Shown here piece after piece: positions 28,823 to 39,025 of a stretch of 64,000 nt of DNA; position 1 is the stretch's first letter, and the number at the start of each line of letters is the position of its first letter. Made by a program: the position numbers and the translations under genes. The DNA is from Saprospira grandis str. Lewin. GTDB taxonomy: Bacteria > Bacteroidota > Bacteroidia > Chitinophagales > Saprospiraceae. The notes under the pieces are model-generated. The model had not been told where the DNA came from. It was given only the letters and a program-made list of their open reading frames with translations, and did no database searches. The stretch is taken from contig NC_016940.1 of the NCBI RefSeq assembly GCF_000250635.1, positions 1,288,995-1,352,994 of the forward strand. The letters are read 5' to 3'.

Positions 28823-31800
28823 TTAGTCGCCTTGTGGGTATTCATTACCACAGGTAGAAAGGGGAAGGCGTTCGCCTTCTGCAGTAATAATATACAGGCG
28901 TTGGTTGCGTGGATCTCTTTCGGGGTCATCGGTACCAATATATTTCTTCCATTCTTTATTAGAAAGGTTGCGGCGCACCATAGCGCAGAGTTGGCTAGCG
29001 TAGCGGAACATATCCACCTCGTAGATTTTCACTTCTCCATTAGCGCAGCCGGTAAGGACTTTTTGTCCATCATGGGTAAAGGCCACAGAAAGGACCCAAT
29101 CTTCATGATCTTCTAGGCGAATGGGCTGGAACTTAGGATCTTTGAAGGGGAACTCCTCTTCATTATCATAGTTCTCATAAGCTTGATTCCAGATTTGCCA
29201 AAGTGTAGCTCTTTTATCGAGGCTACCCACCACGAGCATAGTTCCATCATCAGAGAAGCTGAGGTCACTAATTTTGGCGCTATGATAAACGAGGCGTTCG
29301 GGAATATAGCGGTTGCCGTCTTGGTCTAGACCATTTTTGTAGTGATAGATATCAAAGATAAGCAAAGAGCCATCTTGGTAACCTACAGCAACAAATCGGC
29401 CAGTGGGGCTAATAGCTACAGCAGTAGCATTGCGTTTGTTGTAGGGATTTTCTAGTTTAAAATCCTCTTGGCCCGACTTAATATTCCAGATAGAAACATC
29501 AGGAGATCCTCCGGCGCCAGCCACATGTTGTCCATCGGCAGAAACGGCAATAGAAGTCACTCGGTAAGGCGTACGTTCTACAATAGGAGTTACTTCTCCT
29601 TTCATATTGGTATACTTGATACTGCGGTCATCTCCGGCAGAGATTACGGCATTACCCGTAGGCAAGAAAGCGAGGTCCCAAACGCGGCGGCCACGGTGAA
29701 CGTCTACTTTAAGCATGCGTTCTTCTTTGGCCACATCCCAAATTTCCATATAATCTTCATCGCCAGCACGGACCAAGAACTTTCCTTCGGCATTCATATC
29801 CATACAACGATAAACTCGGTTGTTGCGGTTGCGGGTAAGCACCTGTGGAGCGCCTGCTGTTTTTTGTTCCTCTTTGCTATCAAAAACCTGTAGAGGCCAT
29901 TTAAACAGCCAGCCATCAGAACCTGTAGTATAGACTTTTTGGTCAAATTCTCCTTCTGCGGTAGAGACCACAATAGAGCGCATGGCACCAAGGTGAGAGA
30001 GGCCATCAGGAGCTACATTCAAACTATTAAAGTCTGGGTTATCTCCTACCCCTTGCATTTTATCTATAGCCTTATAAAGGGCTTCATAGATATAGGCATC
30101 ATGTTCTTTTCCACCATTTACCCGATTCAGCTCAAAGGCTTCTTTAGCCAAAAGTGCTTCTAGGTCGGGTTCTTCTACTTTCCAAGACTTTACGGCTACA
30201 GACTGGGCCAAAGAAAGGCCTTTTGTCATAATCGCCTTAAGGCGTTCTTCTTGCGCTCTGCGTTCTGACTTCATGGCATCGCGGCGAGCTTGTTCGGCCT
30301 TAAGCTTAGCAATTTCTGCTCTTTGGCGTTCCAATTCTGCCGTATCCAGAGCGATTAGGGCCTTTGAGCGAGCTTGGTTGGCGGCTCTAGACTTCAACTC
30401 AGCAATATCTGAAGAGCGAATCGCCTTTTCGGTAGCCTGACGGGCCAAGAAACTTTCTCTTTGGGCACGATTGGCATTTACCTTGGCCATATAGCGGCTC
30501 TCATTGGCTCTTTGCTTGGCTATTTCTGCCTGATAAGCAGCTAGGCGAGCCTCTTTTTCTTTGCGGCCAGCCACCTGAGCCGATCGGCGGGCACTATCTA
30601 GGGCCACACCGGCCAAGAGCAAAAGAATAAGACAGATGGCGCCAAAGCCCAAAGAAAGATAAGTGATCAGCATACGGGTTTTCCGTTTGCGGTCATCATC
30701 TTCCTTCTTATCTCTAAGTTTTTTATCTGAAGCTTCATGACTTTTCAGTAAAAAGTCAATTGTTTCATCATAAGTAGTATTATATCGAGAAGCCCAAGCC
30801 TTGGTAGGCGCTAGGCGGTCGGGATGCTCCTCATCATAGGTATGGGGTTCATACCATTTGAGGCCCAAACTCAATTCGGGTTCTACCCAAAGGGCGCCTT
30901 TTCCTTCAAAGTAAAGGGCGGCGGCAGTAGATAGGCGAGTATAGGTTTCGGCTGCCTCATGCTCTTCTTCTGCCCAATGCGCCAAACGGTCCCAATAAGA
31001 AATTAAGCTTTCATGCGTAATACTAATTACGGTGTCTAGCTCCAAATCATCCCGATTTGGGGGCGCCTGCAAAAAGCGGCGGTCCGAACGAGAGAAAGCC
31101 ACAATAACCGGAGCCAAACTCTCTATACTTTGATCGGTCAACTTGCAAAGTTCGCCTACAGTAGCCACCCTACGGCTAGCCGAACCATCGGCATTGCGCT
31201 CAGAAAGCGCCCGAAACATTCGTTGACAAGTAACTTTTTGCTCTTCTGTTTTGAGCTTATTATAGGCCTCCTCGGCATGCACAGAAAGCGCCTCCTTGAT
31301 GGTCCCTACATTCTCATAATGCTTAATCCCCAAAGGAAGGCCAGGATCAGAATCTACCTCCACCCAATTGTCCCAAACGCGCATCATCAAATGCTGCAAA
31401 CGAGGCAAATCGTCAAAGTCTTCTCCAATATCAGCAATCATCCTGCTCACTAGGTCTGGAGCAATGCTTGCCCCCACCGCCTTAACCGGCATAATCATCA
31501 CCTTCTTGAGCTCTTCTACCTTCATTTTCGGAATCAGAAACTGCCCATCGTTAATCGCCTCGGGCAAGCCTCTAAAATCCGTACAACGCCCAATATAATC
31601 CGAGCGCATAGTCAATACAATATAAATAGGCGCTTCGCGCTGCCTAGATGCATTGAGCAGTAAATTGACAAAGGTAGCCGCATCTTCCTGAGCGGCTGAA
31701 GAAGTTTTAGCAAAGGCAAAAATCTCTTCAAATTGGTCAATGACCACCATCAAATTGGCTCGCTCTACATCCGCATCTTTATAAGCATCGACTAAACCCA

Positions 31801-32182
31801 AACTTCCTCGGCGCAGACTTTTCTCTACAATAGCCGGATAGTTAGGGTCCATTTTACTGTCAGGGTGCAAGACCCCTCTAGAGGCCAACTGACGACTCAA
31901 GTTTCCAATCGGATTGTTGCCAGGCTGACAAACCGCAATTCGCCAGTTTTGCCCCGCCTGCCCCGCAAAACCATCTTTTAGTTTTGGGACCAAGGCCGCA
32001 CGAACTAGCGAGGACTTACCTCCGCCTGCTCCTCCTACCAATGCCAAAAAACGATTGCCACGAATCTTACGTAACAACTCATCGAGCTGCTTATTCCTTC
32101 CGAAAAAAAGCTCTCTCTCTTTGGCCTCATAAGGGCGCAGTCCAGGATAAGGTTCCTTAGTTAAAATTTCAAAGGATGCCAT
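28823..32182 (-). CDS. STAND-class P-loop NTPase fused via a transmembrane helix to coiled-coil and 7-bladed WD40 beta-propeller
   Basis: The N-terminus PYPGLRPYEAKERELFFGRNKQLDELLRKIRGNRFLALVGGAGGGKSSLVRAAL holds the Walker A, with Walker B at LMVVIDQFEE. One TM helix is present (MLITYLSLGFGAICLILLLLAGVAL). About 150 aa of charged coiled-coil follow. WD40 repeats include SIWNIKSGQ, LLIFDIYH and ATLWQIWN. Confidence 0.75.
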   Translation of the reverse strand: MASFEILTKEPYPGLRPYEAKERELFFGRNKQLDELLRKIRGNRFLALVGGAGGGKSSLVRAALVPKLKDGFAGQAGQNWRIAVCQPGNNPIGNLSRQLASRGVLHPDSKMDPNYPAIVEKSLRRGSLGLVDAYKDADVERANLMVVIDQFEEIFAFAKTSSAAQEDAATFVNLLLNASRQREAPIYIVLTMRSDYIGRCTDFRGLPEAINDGQFLIPKMKVEELKKVMIMPVKAVGASIAPDLVSRMIADIGEDFDDLPRLQHLMMRVWDNWVEVDSDPGLPLGIKHYENVGTIKEALSVHAEEAYNKLKTEEQKVTCQRMFRALSERNADGSASRRVATVGELCKLTDQSIESLAPVIVAFSRSDRRFLQAPPNRDDLELDTVISITHESLISYWDRLAHWAEEEHEAAETYTRLSTAAALYFEGKGALWVEPELSLGLKWYEPHTYDEEHPDRLAPTKAWASRYNTTYDETIDFLLKSHEASDKKLRDKKEDDDRKRKTRMLITYLSLGFGAICLILLLLAGVALDSARRSAQVAGRKEKEARLAAYQAEIAKQRANESRYMAKVNANRAQRESFLARQATEKAIRSSDIAELKSRAANQARSKALIALDTAELERQRAEIAKLKAEQARRDAMKSERRAQEERLKAIMTKGLSLAQSVAVKSWKVEEPDLEALLAKEAFELNRVNGGKEHDAYIYEALYKAIDKMQGVGDNPDFNSLNVAPDGLSHLGAMRSIVVSTAEGEFDQKVYTTGSDGWLFKWPLQVFDSKEEQKTAGAPQVLTRNRNNRVYRCMDMNAEGKFLVRAGDEDYMEIWDVAKEERMLKVDVHRGRRVWDLAFLPTGNAVISAGDDRSIKYTNMKGEVTPIVERTPYRVTSIAVSADGQHVAGAGGSPDVSIWNIKSGQEDFKLENPYNKRNATAVAISPTGRFVAVGYQDGSLLIFDIYHYKNGLDQDGNRYIPERLVYHSAKISDLSFSDDGTMLVVGSLDKRATLWQIWNQAYENYDNEEEFPFKDPKFQPIRLEDHEDWVLSVAFTHDGQKVLTGCANGEVKIYEVDMFRYASQLCAMVRRNLSNKEWKKYIGTDDPERDPRNQRLYIITAEGERLPLSTCGNEYPQGD

Positions 32183-32718
32183 ACTTTATATATAGTGTTA
32201 GTCTTGGGGAAGTTTTGGCAAAATAATGTTGCCTAGATGATTCTTCTCAGTGTAGTATGTTATTCAGCTTTAAGATAAGCGAATTATCCAGAATAATAAA
32301 ACCCCTCCTTAATTATTCCTTAAAAGCCAAAGGGCCTTTTTTCTTTCTAACTTTACTTTTGTCGCCTCTCCTCCTCCCCTTTTTTAAGGCCTAAACCTAG
32401 CTTTTTGCCGCCCAAGCCTAGGCTAAAAATAAGTCGCTTGGCCCTTTAGAGCTCCCCAACTAAAAACGATAGCCCCCAACTTATCCCTCCACCAAAAATC
32501 AAGCACCCAAGCAACAACAATAAATAAACGGTACCAAAAGTCTACCCTAGGCAACTAAACACTAAACTATTCCCCCAAAAAAAATCTACCCTTTTGCGCA
32601 AAATTTAATTTTGCCCTCCTACTTTAATTAGTATCTTAGCCCTGGAAAGCAGCATTTTCAGCCTCTCAACCGCTCAAAATACTGCAAACCAATTCTTTAA
32701 GATAAAAACTTCAGGAAT

Positions 32719-33726
32719 ATGGCTAAGCGCAAAAAAAAGCCTGCATTTTCAAAAGAACAGTACCTCTCTTGGTACGAATTGATGTATCTCACACGCAAAT
32801 TTGAAGAGCAGTGTAATATTGTATACTATCAGAAAAAAATCCGTGGATTCCTCCACCTCTGTATTGGCCAAGAAGCCATCTACGCCGCTATGCAGTCTGC
32901 CTGCCGCAAAGAAGACTCTTGGATTACCGCCTACCGCGTACACGGTATGGCCCTAGCCGCTGGCATCTCCGCCAACGAAACTATGGCCGAACTCTACGGT
33001 AAAGCTACCGGCAACGTCAAAGGTAAAGGAGGCTCTATGCACTTCTTTAATGCCGAACGCAATTTTTATGGCGGCCACGGTATCGTCGGCGGCCAAATTG
33101 GCCTAGGTGCCGGACTCGCCTTTGCCGATAAGTATAAAGGCAACGATAATGTAACCCTCGCCCTCTTCGGCGATGGCGCCTCTCGCCAAGGTATCCTGCA
33201 CGAGAGCTTTAATATGGCCATGACCTGGAAACTTCCCGTGCTCTTTATTTGCGAAAATAATAAGTACGCTATGGGTACCTCTGTAGAACGTACCTCTAAT
33301 GTGACCAATCTTCACCTCTTGGGCGAAAGCTACAAGATGCCCAATAAAGCCATTAACGGCATGGATGTGGAAGTGCTCCACAACGAATTGAGCGAGGCCA
33401 TCGACTATATCCGCCAAGGTAATGGCCCTATGCTTATCGAAATCGAAACTTACCGCTATAAGGGCCACTCTATGTCGGACCCCGCTAAGTACCGAACCAA
33501 AGAGGAAGAAAAGGAGTATAAGGAGAAGGACCCCATCGGCCGCGTAGAACACACACTCCTAGAAAATAAAATGATTACAGAGGAAGAATTGAAGGAAATT
33601 CAAAATCGCCTCAAGGAGGAAGTGAAGGCCGCTGTAGAGTTTGCAGAAAATTCACCTCTCCCCCAGCCCGAACAGTTGTACGAGGATATGTACATCCAAG
33701 AAGATTACCCTTTTATTAAGGACTAA
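32719..33726 (+). CDS. pdhA: pyruvate dehydrogenase E1 component subunit alpha (TPP-dependent)
   Basis: Motifs FLHLCIGQEA, GKGGSMH and LALFGDGASRQG (TPP-binding GDG), plus YRYKGHSMSDP (phosphorylation loop), identify E1 alpha. Confidence 0.9.
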   Translation: MAKRKKKPAFSKEQYLSWYELMYLTRKFEEQCNIVYYQKKIRGFLHLCIGQEAIYAAMQSACRKEDSWITAYRVHGMALAAGISANETMAELYGKATGNVKGKGGSMHFFNAERNFYGGHGIVGGQIGLGAGLAFADKYKGNDNVTLALFGDGASRQGILHESFNMAMTWKLPVLFICENNKYAMGTSVERTSNVTNLHLLGESYKMPNKAINGMDVEVLHNELSEAIDYIRQGNGPMLIEIETYRYKGHSMSDPAKYRTKEEEKEYKEKDPIGRVEHTLLENKMITEEELKEIQNRLKEEVKAAVEFAENSPLPQPEQLYEDMYIQEDYPFIKD

Positions 33727-33745
33727 ATTTACCCCTCGGGACCCA

Positions 33746-33782
33746 AAGAGCAATGGAAAATTATTTCTGTTGCTCTTTTTTT
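33746..33782 (+). terminator. rho-independent terminator after pdhA
   Basis: Hairpin agagcaa-[loop]-ttgctct followed by T7. Confidence 0.5.
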
Positions 33783-33784
33783 AT

Positions 33785-33922
33785 TTTTGGGGCCTCCGCC
33801 TCGCTTCGCTCGTCGGCGCTACGCTTTGGGGCTCGCTATTCGCTCGGCCCTGCGCAGGCTAAGCCTGCTTGGTCTGGCCTGCGGCCACCCCGCCGCATCG
33901 CTAGGCCTGCGGCCCTTCGGGC
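33785..33922 (+). repeat. GC-rich interspersed repeat, copy 12 (forward, GGGGCCTCCGC head)
   Basis: The sequence ttttggggcctccgcctcgcttcgc...ggggctcgctattcgctcggccctgcgc...ggtctggcctgcggccacc matches the family. Confidence 0.8.
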
Positions 33923-33949
33923 CTCTAGAAGCCAGCGCCCAAGCTAGGG

Positions 33950-33990
33950 CAAAAAAAGAGCCACTGAACATATATTCAGTGGCTCTTTTC
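33950..33990 (-). terminator. rho-independent terminator downstream of fibre-like gene
   Basis: Hairpin agagccactgaa-catatat-tcagtggctct with a T-run on the minus strand. Confidence 0.55.
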
Positions 33991-34007
33991 TATAGGACAA
34001 CAAAGCC

Positions 34008-34799
34008 TTATTCATCGGCATCATCGTCTAAATTCATGGCTGTAGATTGGCCCTTAGGCATCATGCTCGTATCATCCCAGAGCTTAGATACCCAAAAGCG
34101 AAGTACCGCCTGTTTCTTTTCTTCTTTATCCAGATAACCATAATTTCCAGCCGTTTTTGCTTCTAGTCGGAAATTAGTCTCTGAGCCCGTCCAACGGAAG
34201 CTGATTTTCCGCCAAAGCAAACCATAACTCGCCTTTACATGCTTGACCACCCCTTGGCCATAAGTAGCCGTGGCAATTGCATAAGTAAGGGCATATTTAG
34301 CTCTTTTCTTCCGGCCAGCAGCATGGGCAATAATTTCAAAAGCCTGAACGCCCTCCAAATCTGAAACGATAGGGTGCCAGCGGCCATCGGCGGGGATTTC
34401 TCCTTGAATAAAAGTGCCGACTCGACCATTTGCTCCAAGCATGCCATTCACCTCTAGCTTAAAGTTGGGCAAGCTGGTCCCAATACCTACATTACCTCCC
34501 TTCCGCAAGAAAAGAAGGGTTTCATTTTCGCCATCATTAAAGCTGAGCCCTTCACTATGTGGAGTGGGATTCATCGAGATGCTAAAAGAGGCCTGAGGGT
34601 CTCGGATGCTTTCATAGAAGCTCATCAAGCGCTTATTTGGGCCTTGAGTGGCCAACATAAGGCCCTCAGTCGAACTTTGAGAGAAACCGTCATCTACCTT
34701 ATTGACGGTAGAGTCGATAAGGTCAGCAAAGTTCACTTCTGTGGGGACCATGCCCCTTTTGAACAGATTTTTGAGTGTGCTACGCGTGAGTAAAGCCAT
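34008..34799 (-). CDS. tail-fibre-like protein (putative CIS fibre)
   Basis: The motif GGNVGIGTSLPNFKLEVNGMLGANG resembles the xVGIGTxxPxxKLxV fibre/collar repeat of phage tail fibres. It is co-oriented with and directly downstream of the CIS baseplate gene. The C-terminus is acidic. Confidence 0.4.
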   Translation of the reverse strand: MALLTRSTLKNLFKRGMVPTEVNFADLIDSTVNKVDDGFSQSSTEGLMLATQGPNKRLMSFYESIRDPQASFSISMNPTPHSEGLSFNDGENETLLFLRKGGNVGIGTSLPNFKLEVNGMLGANGRVGTFIQGEIPADGRWHPIVSDLEGVQAFEIIAHAAGRKKRAKYALTYAIATATYGQGVVKHVKASYGLLWRKISFRWTGSETNFRLEAKTAGNYGYLDKEEKKQAVLRFWVSKLWDDTSMMPKGQSTAMNLDDDADE

Positions 34800-34939
34800 T
34801 GAGTTGGATACTTTAACTTAAATGGAAAGGCGGGTGAATGCCATCAAATTTAAAAAATTGTTTGGAAAAGGCGCAGTCAAAACGATTTTATAATTTAGAT
34901 TTTCTTAATAACGCCTTTATTTATTGTTTTTTAGGGCTT

Positions 34940-35111
34940 GGCGAGGCGGCGCAGCCGCCTGCGAGCGCAGCGAGCCATGGCCCAGCGCTGCGGAGTGGGT
35001 GGCCGAAGGCCAGACCGAAGCGCTGCAAGCGCTGAAGGGCCGAGCGAATAGCGAGCCCCGCAGCATAGCGGCGGCCGCCCCGCTATAAAGGGCGGCCGCG
35101 GGCCCCAAAAA
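34940..35111 (-). repeat. GC-rich interspersed repeat, copy 13
   Basis: The sequence ggcgaggcggcgcagccgcc...gggtggccgaaggccagacc...gggccgagcgaatagcgagcccc...ggccccaaaaaa lies between the baseplate gene and the fibre-like gene. Confidence 0.8.
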
Positions 35112-35188
35112 ATGGACCTTGTAGCACTAAAAAAGGCCCAAAAGTGCGTGGACTTCTGGGCCTAATCGGTTATGTTTTATGCGATTGT

Positions 35189-38100
35189 TTAATCGTCTAG
35201 TTCACGCTCTTCGGTCATTACAAAGTCGCCATCGAGCATCATATTGTCTAGGCCAGCTTTGGCAGGAGACTGGAAAGCCACCTCGTCGAGGAGATAAAGT
35301 GGGTTTTTCTCGAAAGGAATGAGGACCGACCAAGGCGTGGTGGCCTTGAGTAAGGGCGAAGAAGAGGTATCGATAGCGGTATCGCCTACATCGAAACCTT
35401 CGCCACTGGGGAAAACCTGAACGGCAGAAAACTTAGTGACAAAATCGACATACTCTCTTTTTTCGATAAAGCTAAGGAGAACATCCTTGGCGATAGTACC
35501 GCCTAATTCAAGTTCTCTTTGGCCGCCATACATCCAGGGGCAGACAAAGTCCATAATATCCTTATTCAACTTTTTGAGGAAGGTACCGTTGTTCATGCCT
35601 TTTTGGAAGCGCAGACCGCCGGCTACTTTCACTCTTTCGTAGATAGGGTTACGGAGTTTGATCTCGACAAAGGGCGAAGCTAGTGGGATGAGGTAATCGC
35701 GGATAGCTTCTAGGGTAGCGTTATTCACCATGGGGAGGCGACCTTGGTGAGAAGCTTTAATTCTGGGTACGACCACGAGGACCACCTGTCCTTTTTCTAC
35801 AAAGGCTTCATTGCCGATATGCGTTACGCATTTCACTTGGAAAATATCGGGAAACTGGTCGAGGACCAGGCGTTCATAATCCCAGGCAGAGACGGCTCTA
35901 CCTTTATGGCGGAGGCGTTCGCTACTGCGGGTATAGAACTCTTTTTTATTTTCGCCGGGTCGGCCTTCAAAAGAGCCAAAAGGTTGTTGGACCGATCGGA
36001 TTTGGACCAATGGGCTGGCCAAATTTTTAATTTTATTGGCGGCCAATTTTTCTTCCAAGTGTTTCACCTCCTCTTCGGGGTTTCCGGCCCAGGTAGCCGA
36101 AATGGCTTGGGTAGAGAGGTGTAAAACGGTAGGCATACGGCTAGCGTCGCCACGGAGAGAGGCGCGCAGCCAGAACTTTCCTTTATCGAAGATGGTATTA
36201 TTATCTGAAATATCTCTGGGGATATCGAAAGTGATAATTCCGGAGTTATTAAAGAAATTGGTGGTATCGTTTAGGATTTGGGTTTGCGAAAACTCCTTCC
36301 ATTCGTCATTAACGAGGAAGCTCCAAACGATTTCGGCCTGTTTGGCTTCGCTACTACGGCCCTTCATCATAGAGAAATAGTCTTGATTCTCTTTGAGTTC
36401 GAAGTAGATAGAGAGTGTAGCGGGTGGGTTAAAATCTTTGATCCCAAGGAAGAGGTAAGCATCTTCATCGTAGGCGGGCAGCAAAGTGGGTTTAATTGGG
36501 CGGCCTTGAGAGAAGTTGCGCATCACACCGAAGGGGTGGATATGGAACAGCTCTTCGACCACACCGCCAGAGCTATTTACGGTACCGATAGACATGATAT
36601 TGACTTGAGCTGTAGCGGTATAGTCAATGCTCATATTTCGGATAACGGGAGTAAAAGGTTGGTTGGGGAGTTTCTTTTTCTCCTTAGTTTTGGGGTCTGC
36701 ATTATGGGCAGCCACATCGGCGTAGAGATTGGGAAACTCATCGTGGGCGAAAGCAGAGGGCGGGTTAGTTAATTCCATGCGGAAATAGCCGGTTTGCGTT
36801 TCGCTGGTATAGGTATCAATCTGTTTGAGATTGGCCTGTGGTTCTAGGCCAAAAAGTTTGAGATCGATATTATCTAGGCAAGTAGCATTACTAATGCCAT
36901 GCACATTATCCTCATCTTGTTCGAAGAGGAAATACTCCTTGACATTATTTTTATTTTCTGGGAAGAACTCCCCTTCTCGGAGGGCCGACAATTTGATTCG
37001 GTAATCTTCATTTCGGATACCGAGGCCATACTCTCGATAATAGCCACGGAGGCCTTTTGTATTATCGGGTAGATTATGCCAATTGATATTGATTTTGAGG
37101 TTAGTCAGCTCCTTTTTGAAGAGCTCAGTTTTTCCGATAAGGAGATAAGAGCCTAGCTTAGGCGTGGGGCCAAAAGCTTGGAAAGGGATACTGCCTTCTA
37201 GTTGGCCGTATTCATTACTTAGGTTTAGGCGTTTGATTCCTTTGACCTCAACATCAATGTTAATGCGTTCTAGGCTTAGCTCTTTAAGGAAAGAGTAAGA
37301 GTAGGTTACATTTTCATTTTGGTGAAGGACCTTCATCACGGGAAGGCTAGTATCGAAATCGGGGCCTAGGACATCGGCATTATAGCCCACGATAGCGGGG
37401 GCATTAGCAGATACGGTAGCGAGCAGGCTAAACTCGGGGATATTCCAGTTTTCTGGGGGAAGGAGTTCGCAGCTTTTGGCTTCGATCCAGCCTTCTTCTC
37501 CAGAGAGGACTAATTTCAGGCTATTTTTAAAGACCTTAGAGAAGGCATCTTCTTTAGATAGGCCTTGATTTCGGCTAATATCCTTAATCAAAAGATTTAG
37601 GGTATACATAGAAGACTTATCGAATCGCATGCGCAACTTGATACTACGGTGGCCTTCTTCCATTTCGAGAATAGGCGCAGCCATAGCCCAGCCTACTTCG
37701 GCATAGACCATTTGGCGTTCATCGGAAGCTTTTTCGAGTAATTCTTCTCCGAAGGCGGGCCATTCCTCTTCATTATTGATAAAGCGTTTGCCTAGGCCAT
37801 CTCTAGAGTTGGCGACAGGGGCGGCATACATATTTGTGATAAGGCGATAAGAGCTCCCGATACCGATTTTTGGGTTTTTGCTCACAAAAAGCGTCTTAAC
37901 TGCATCCACTTTAGCTTGGTTCAGTTCGATACCATAATCGGTTTTATAGCGGATGGGTTTACCATCTTCATCGACGCCAGCGTCTAGGAGAGTGCCAGCG
38001 GGGAGGAAAAAGCTATCAATATGTTTGGCCAGGTTAAAATAGACATTTACCTGATCGGGTTGCAAGCCTCTTTCCTGCATTTTAAGCACATCGTAATAAT

Positions 38101-38959
38101 AGAAATCGAGATGCTTTTCGGTGAGGGTATTCAGGTGGTCCTGATTATGTTTAAAGAGTTTCACAAAAGCGATAAAGAGCGCCAAATCGGGGCGGTGATC
38201 ATCTTTTTCTTTGAGTGATTTCTCTAGATATTTTGGTGCTTCTTGTACGATATAAGAGAGCACGCTATAGAAGGTCCGGAACTGTAGTCGGATCTTCTTG
38301 GTATAATCTTGAATTTTGAAGTTAGCTCTAGGGTCTTCTACTTCGATAGCGCGAGCAGAGAGCAACTTTTTAGAGGGGAACCAGATGCTATGAAAATGCT
38401 CTTCGATTTCGTTGGGGCTATAGGGGCCTGTTTGGTGAAACTCGAGGAAGCGATCTTGTTCTAGGAGTTCGAGTAAATTAGAAGAGAGCTGTTGTTTGAT
38501 AGCGTTCTCTAATTCGTTCTCTAGTTCATCGGTATCGCCGGGTTGCAGGGTATTCATTTTGAGGGCATGCACATACCAGTCGTTAAACTGTTTGGCCATG
38601 TCGAACACCTGCGTATAGAGGGCCTTAAGCGCTTCTAGGCGGCCTGCGGTACGGGCGGCATTTTCTAGCTCGGTAATATATTTGGCGTGTTCCTGCTCAA
38701 TTTTTTTAAGATCGGTAGCGATAATAGAGGCCAAGAAAACTGAGAGGTCATTGCGCAAAAAGCGCGACCAATCTCCTGCGGGGGAATTAGTTTGGTCATA
38801 AAACTGGACCATTTCGGCATATTTGGCAGAAAAGGCGAGGAGGTCACTAGTAGAGCGTTCATCTACCTTAATATATTCTGGGATGAGAGCTTTGAGCAAT
38901 CGTTGGCTCTGCGTTACGCCATTCCAGGACAGGCTAGATTTATTCTTTTTGGTACTCAT
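35189..38959 (-). CDS. large baseplate protein (gp6/Baseplate_J-like, possibly fused with gp7-like region) of contractile injection system
   Basis: A 1256-aa ORF immediately downstream of the gp25-like gene in the CIS operon. The call rests on position and size, with no diagnostic motif. Confidence 0.5.
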   Translation of the reverse strand: MSTKKNKSSLSWNGVTQSQRLLKALIPEYIKVDERSTSDLLAFSAKYAEMVQFYDQTNSPAGDWSRFLRNDLSVFLASIIATDLKKIEQEHAKYITELENAARTAGRLEALKALYTQVFDMAKQFNDWYVHALKMNTLQPGDTDELENELENAIKQQLSSNLLELLEQDRFLEFHQTGPYSPNEIEEHFHSIWFPSKKLLSARAIEVEDPRANFKIQDYTKKIRLQFRTFYSVLSYIVQEAPKYLEKSLKEKDDHRPDLALFIAFVKLFKHNQDHLNTLTEKHLDFYYYDVLKMQERGLQPDQVNVYFNLAKHIDSFFLPAGTLLDAGVDEDGKPIRYKTDYGIELNQAKVDAVKTLFVSKNPKIGIGSSYRLITNMYAAPVANSRDGLGKRFINNEEEWPAFGEELLEKASDERQMVYAEVGWAMAAPILEMEEGHRSIKLRMRFDKSSMYTLNLLIKDISRNQGLSKEDAFSKVFKNSLKLVLSGEEGWIEAKSCELLPPENWNIPEFSLLATVSANAPAIVGYNADVLGPDFDTSLPVMKVLHQNENVTYSYSFLKELSLERINIDVEVKGIKRLNLSNEYGQLEGSIPFQAFGPTPKLGSYLLIGKTELFKKELTNLKININWHNLPDNTKGLRGYYREYGLGIRNEDYRIKLSALREGEFFPENKNNVKEYFLFEQDEDNVHGISNATCLDNIDLKLFGLEPQANLKQIDTYTSETQTGYFRMELTNPPSAFAHDEFPNLYADVAAHNADPKTKEKKKLPNQPFTPVIRNMSIDYTATAQVNIMSIGTVNSSGGVVEELFHIHPFGVMRNFSQGRPIKPTLLPAYDEDAYLFLGIKDFNPPATLSIYFELKENQDYFSMMKGRSSEAKQAEIVWSFLVNDEWKEFSQTQILNDTTNFFNNSGIITFDIPRDISDNNTIFDKGKFWLRASLRGDASRMPTVLHLSTQAISATWAGNPEEEVKHLEEKLAANKIKNLASPLVQIRSVQQPFGSFEGRPGENKKEFYTRSSERLRHKGRAVSAWDYERLVLDQFPDIFQVKCVTHIGNEAFVEKGQVVLVVVPRIKASHQGRLPMVNNATLEAIRDYLIPLASPFVEIKLRNPIYERVKVAGGLRFQKGMNNGTFLKKLNKDIMDFVCPWMYGGQRELELGGTIAKDVLLSFIEKREYVDFVTKFSAVQVFPSGEGFDVGDTAIDTSSSPLLKATTPWSVLIPFEKNPLYLLDEVAFQSPAKAGLDNMMLDGDFVMTEERELDD

Positions 38960-39025
38960 GCTAAGGTGCGCTTAAGAGATGGTTATTGTTGTTCTGATAG
39001 TGATAGTAGTGGGGGTCTAAAGGAA

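Noticed and set aside
28823-32182. Calling the STAND-WD40 protein the missing CIS AAA+ assembly ATPase (Afp15-like)
   Set aside because: Its Walker A context (GGAGGGKSS within the FFGR...LALVGG...KSSLVRAAL block) is STAND/NACHT-like, not Cdc48/ClpV-like AAA+. It has a TM helix and WD40 repeats. It is separated from the CIS operon by pdhA on the opposite strand.
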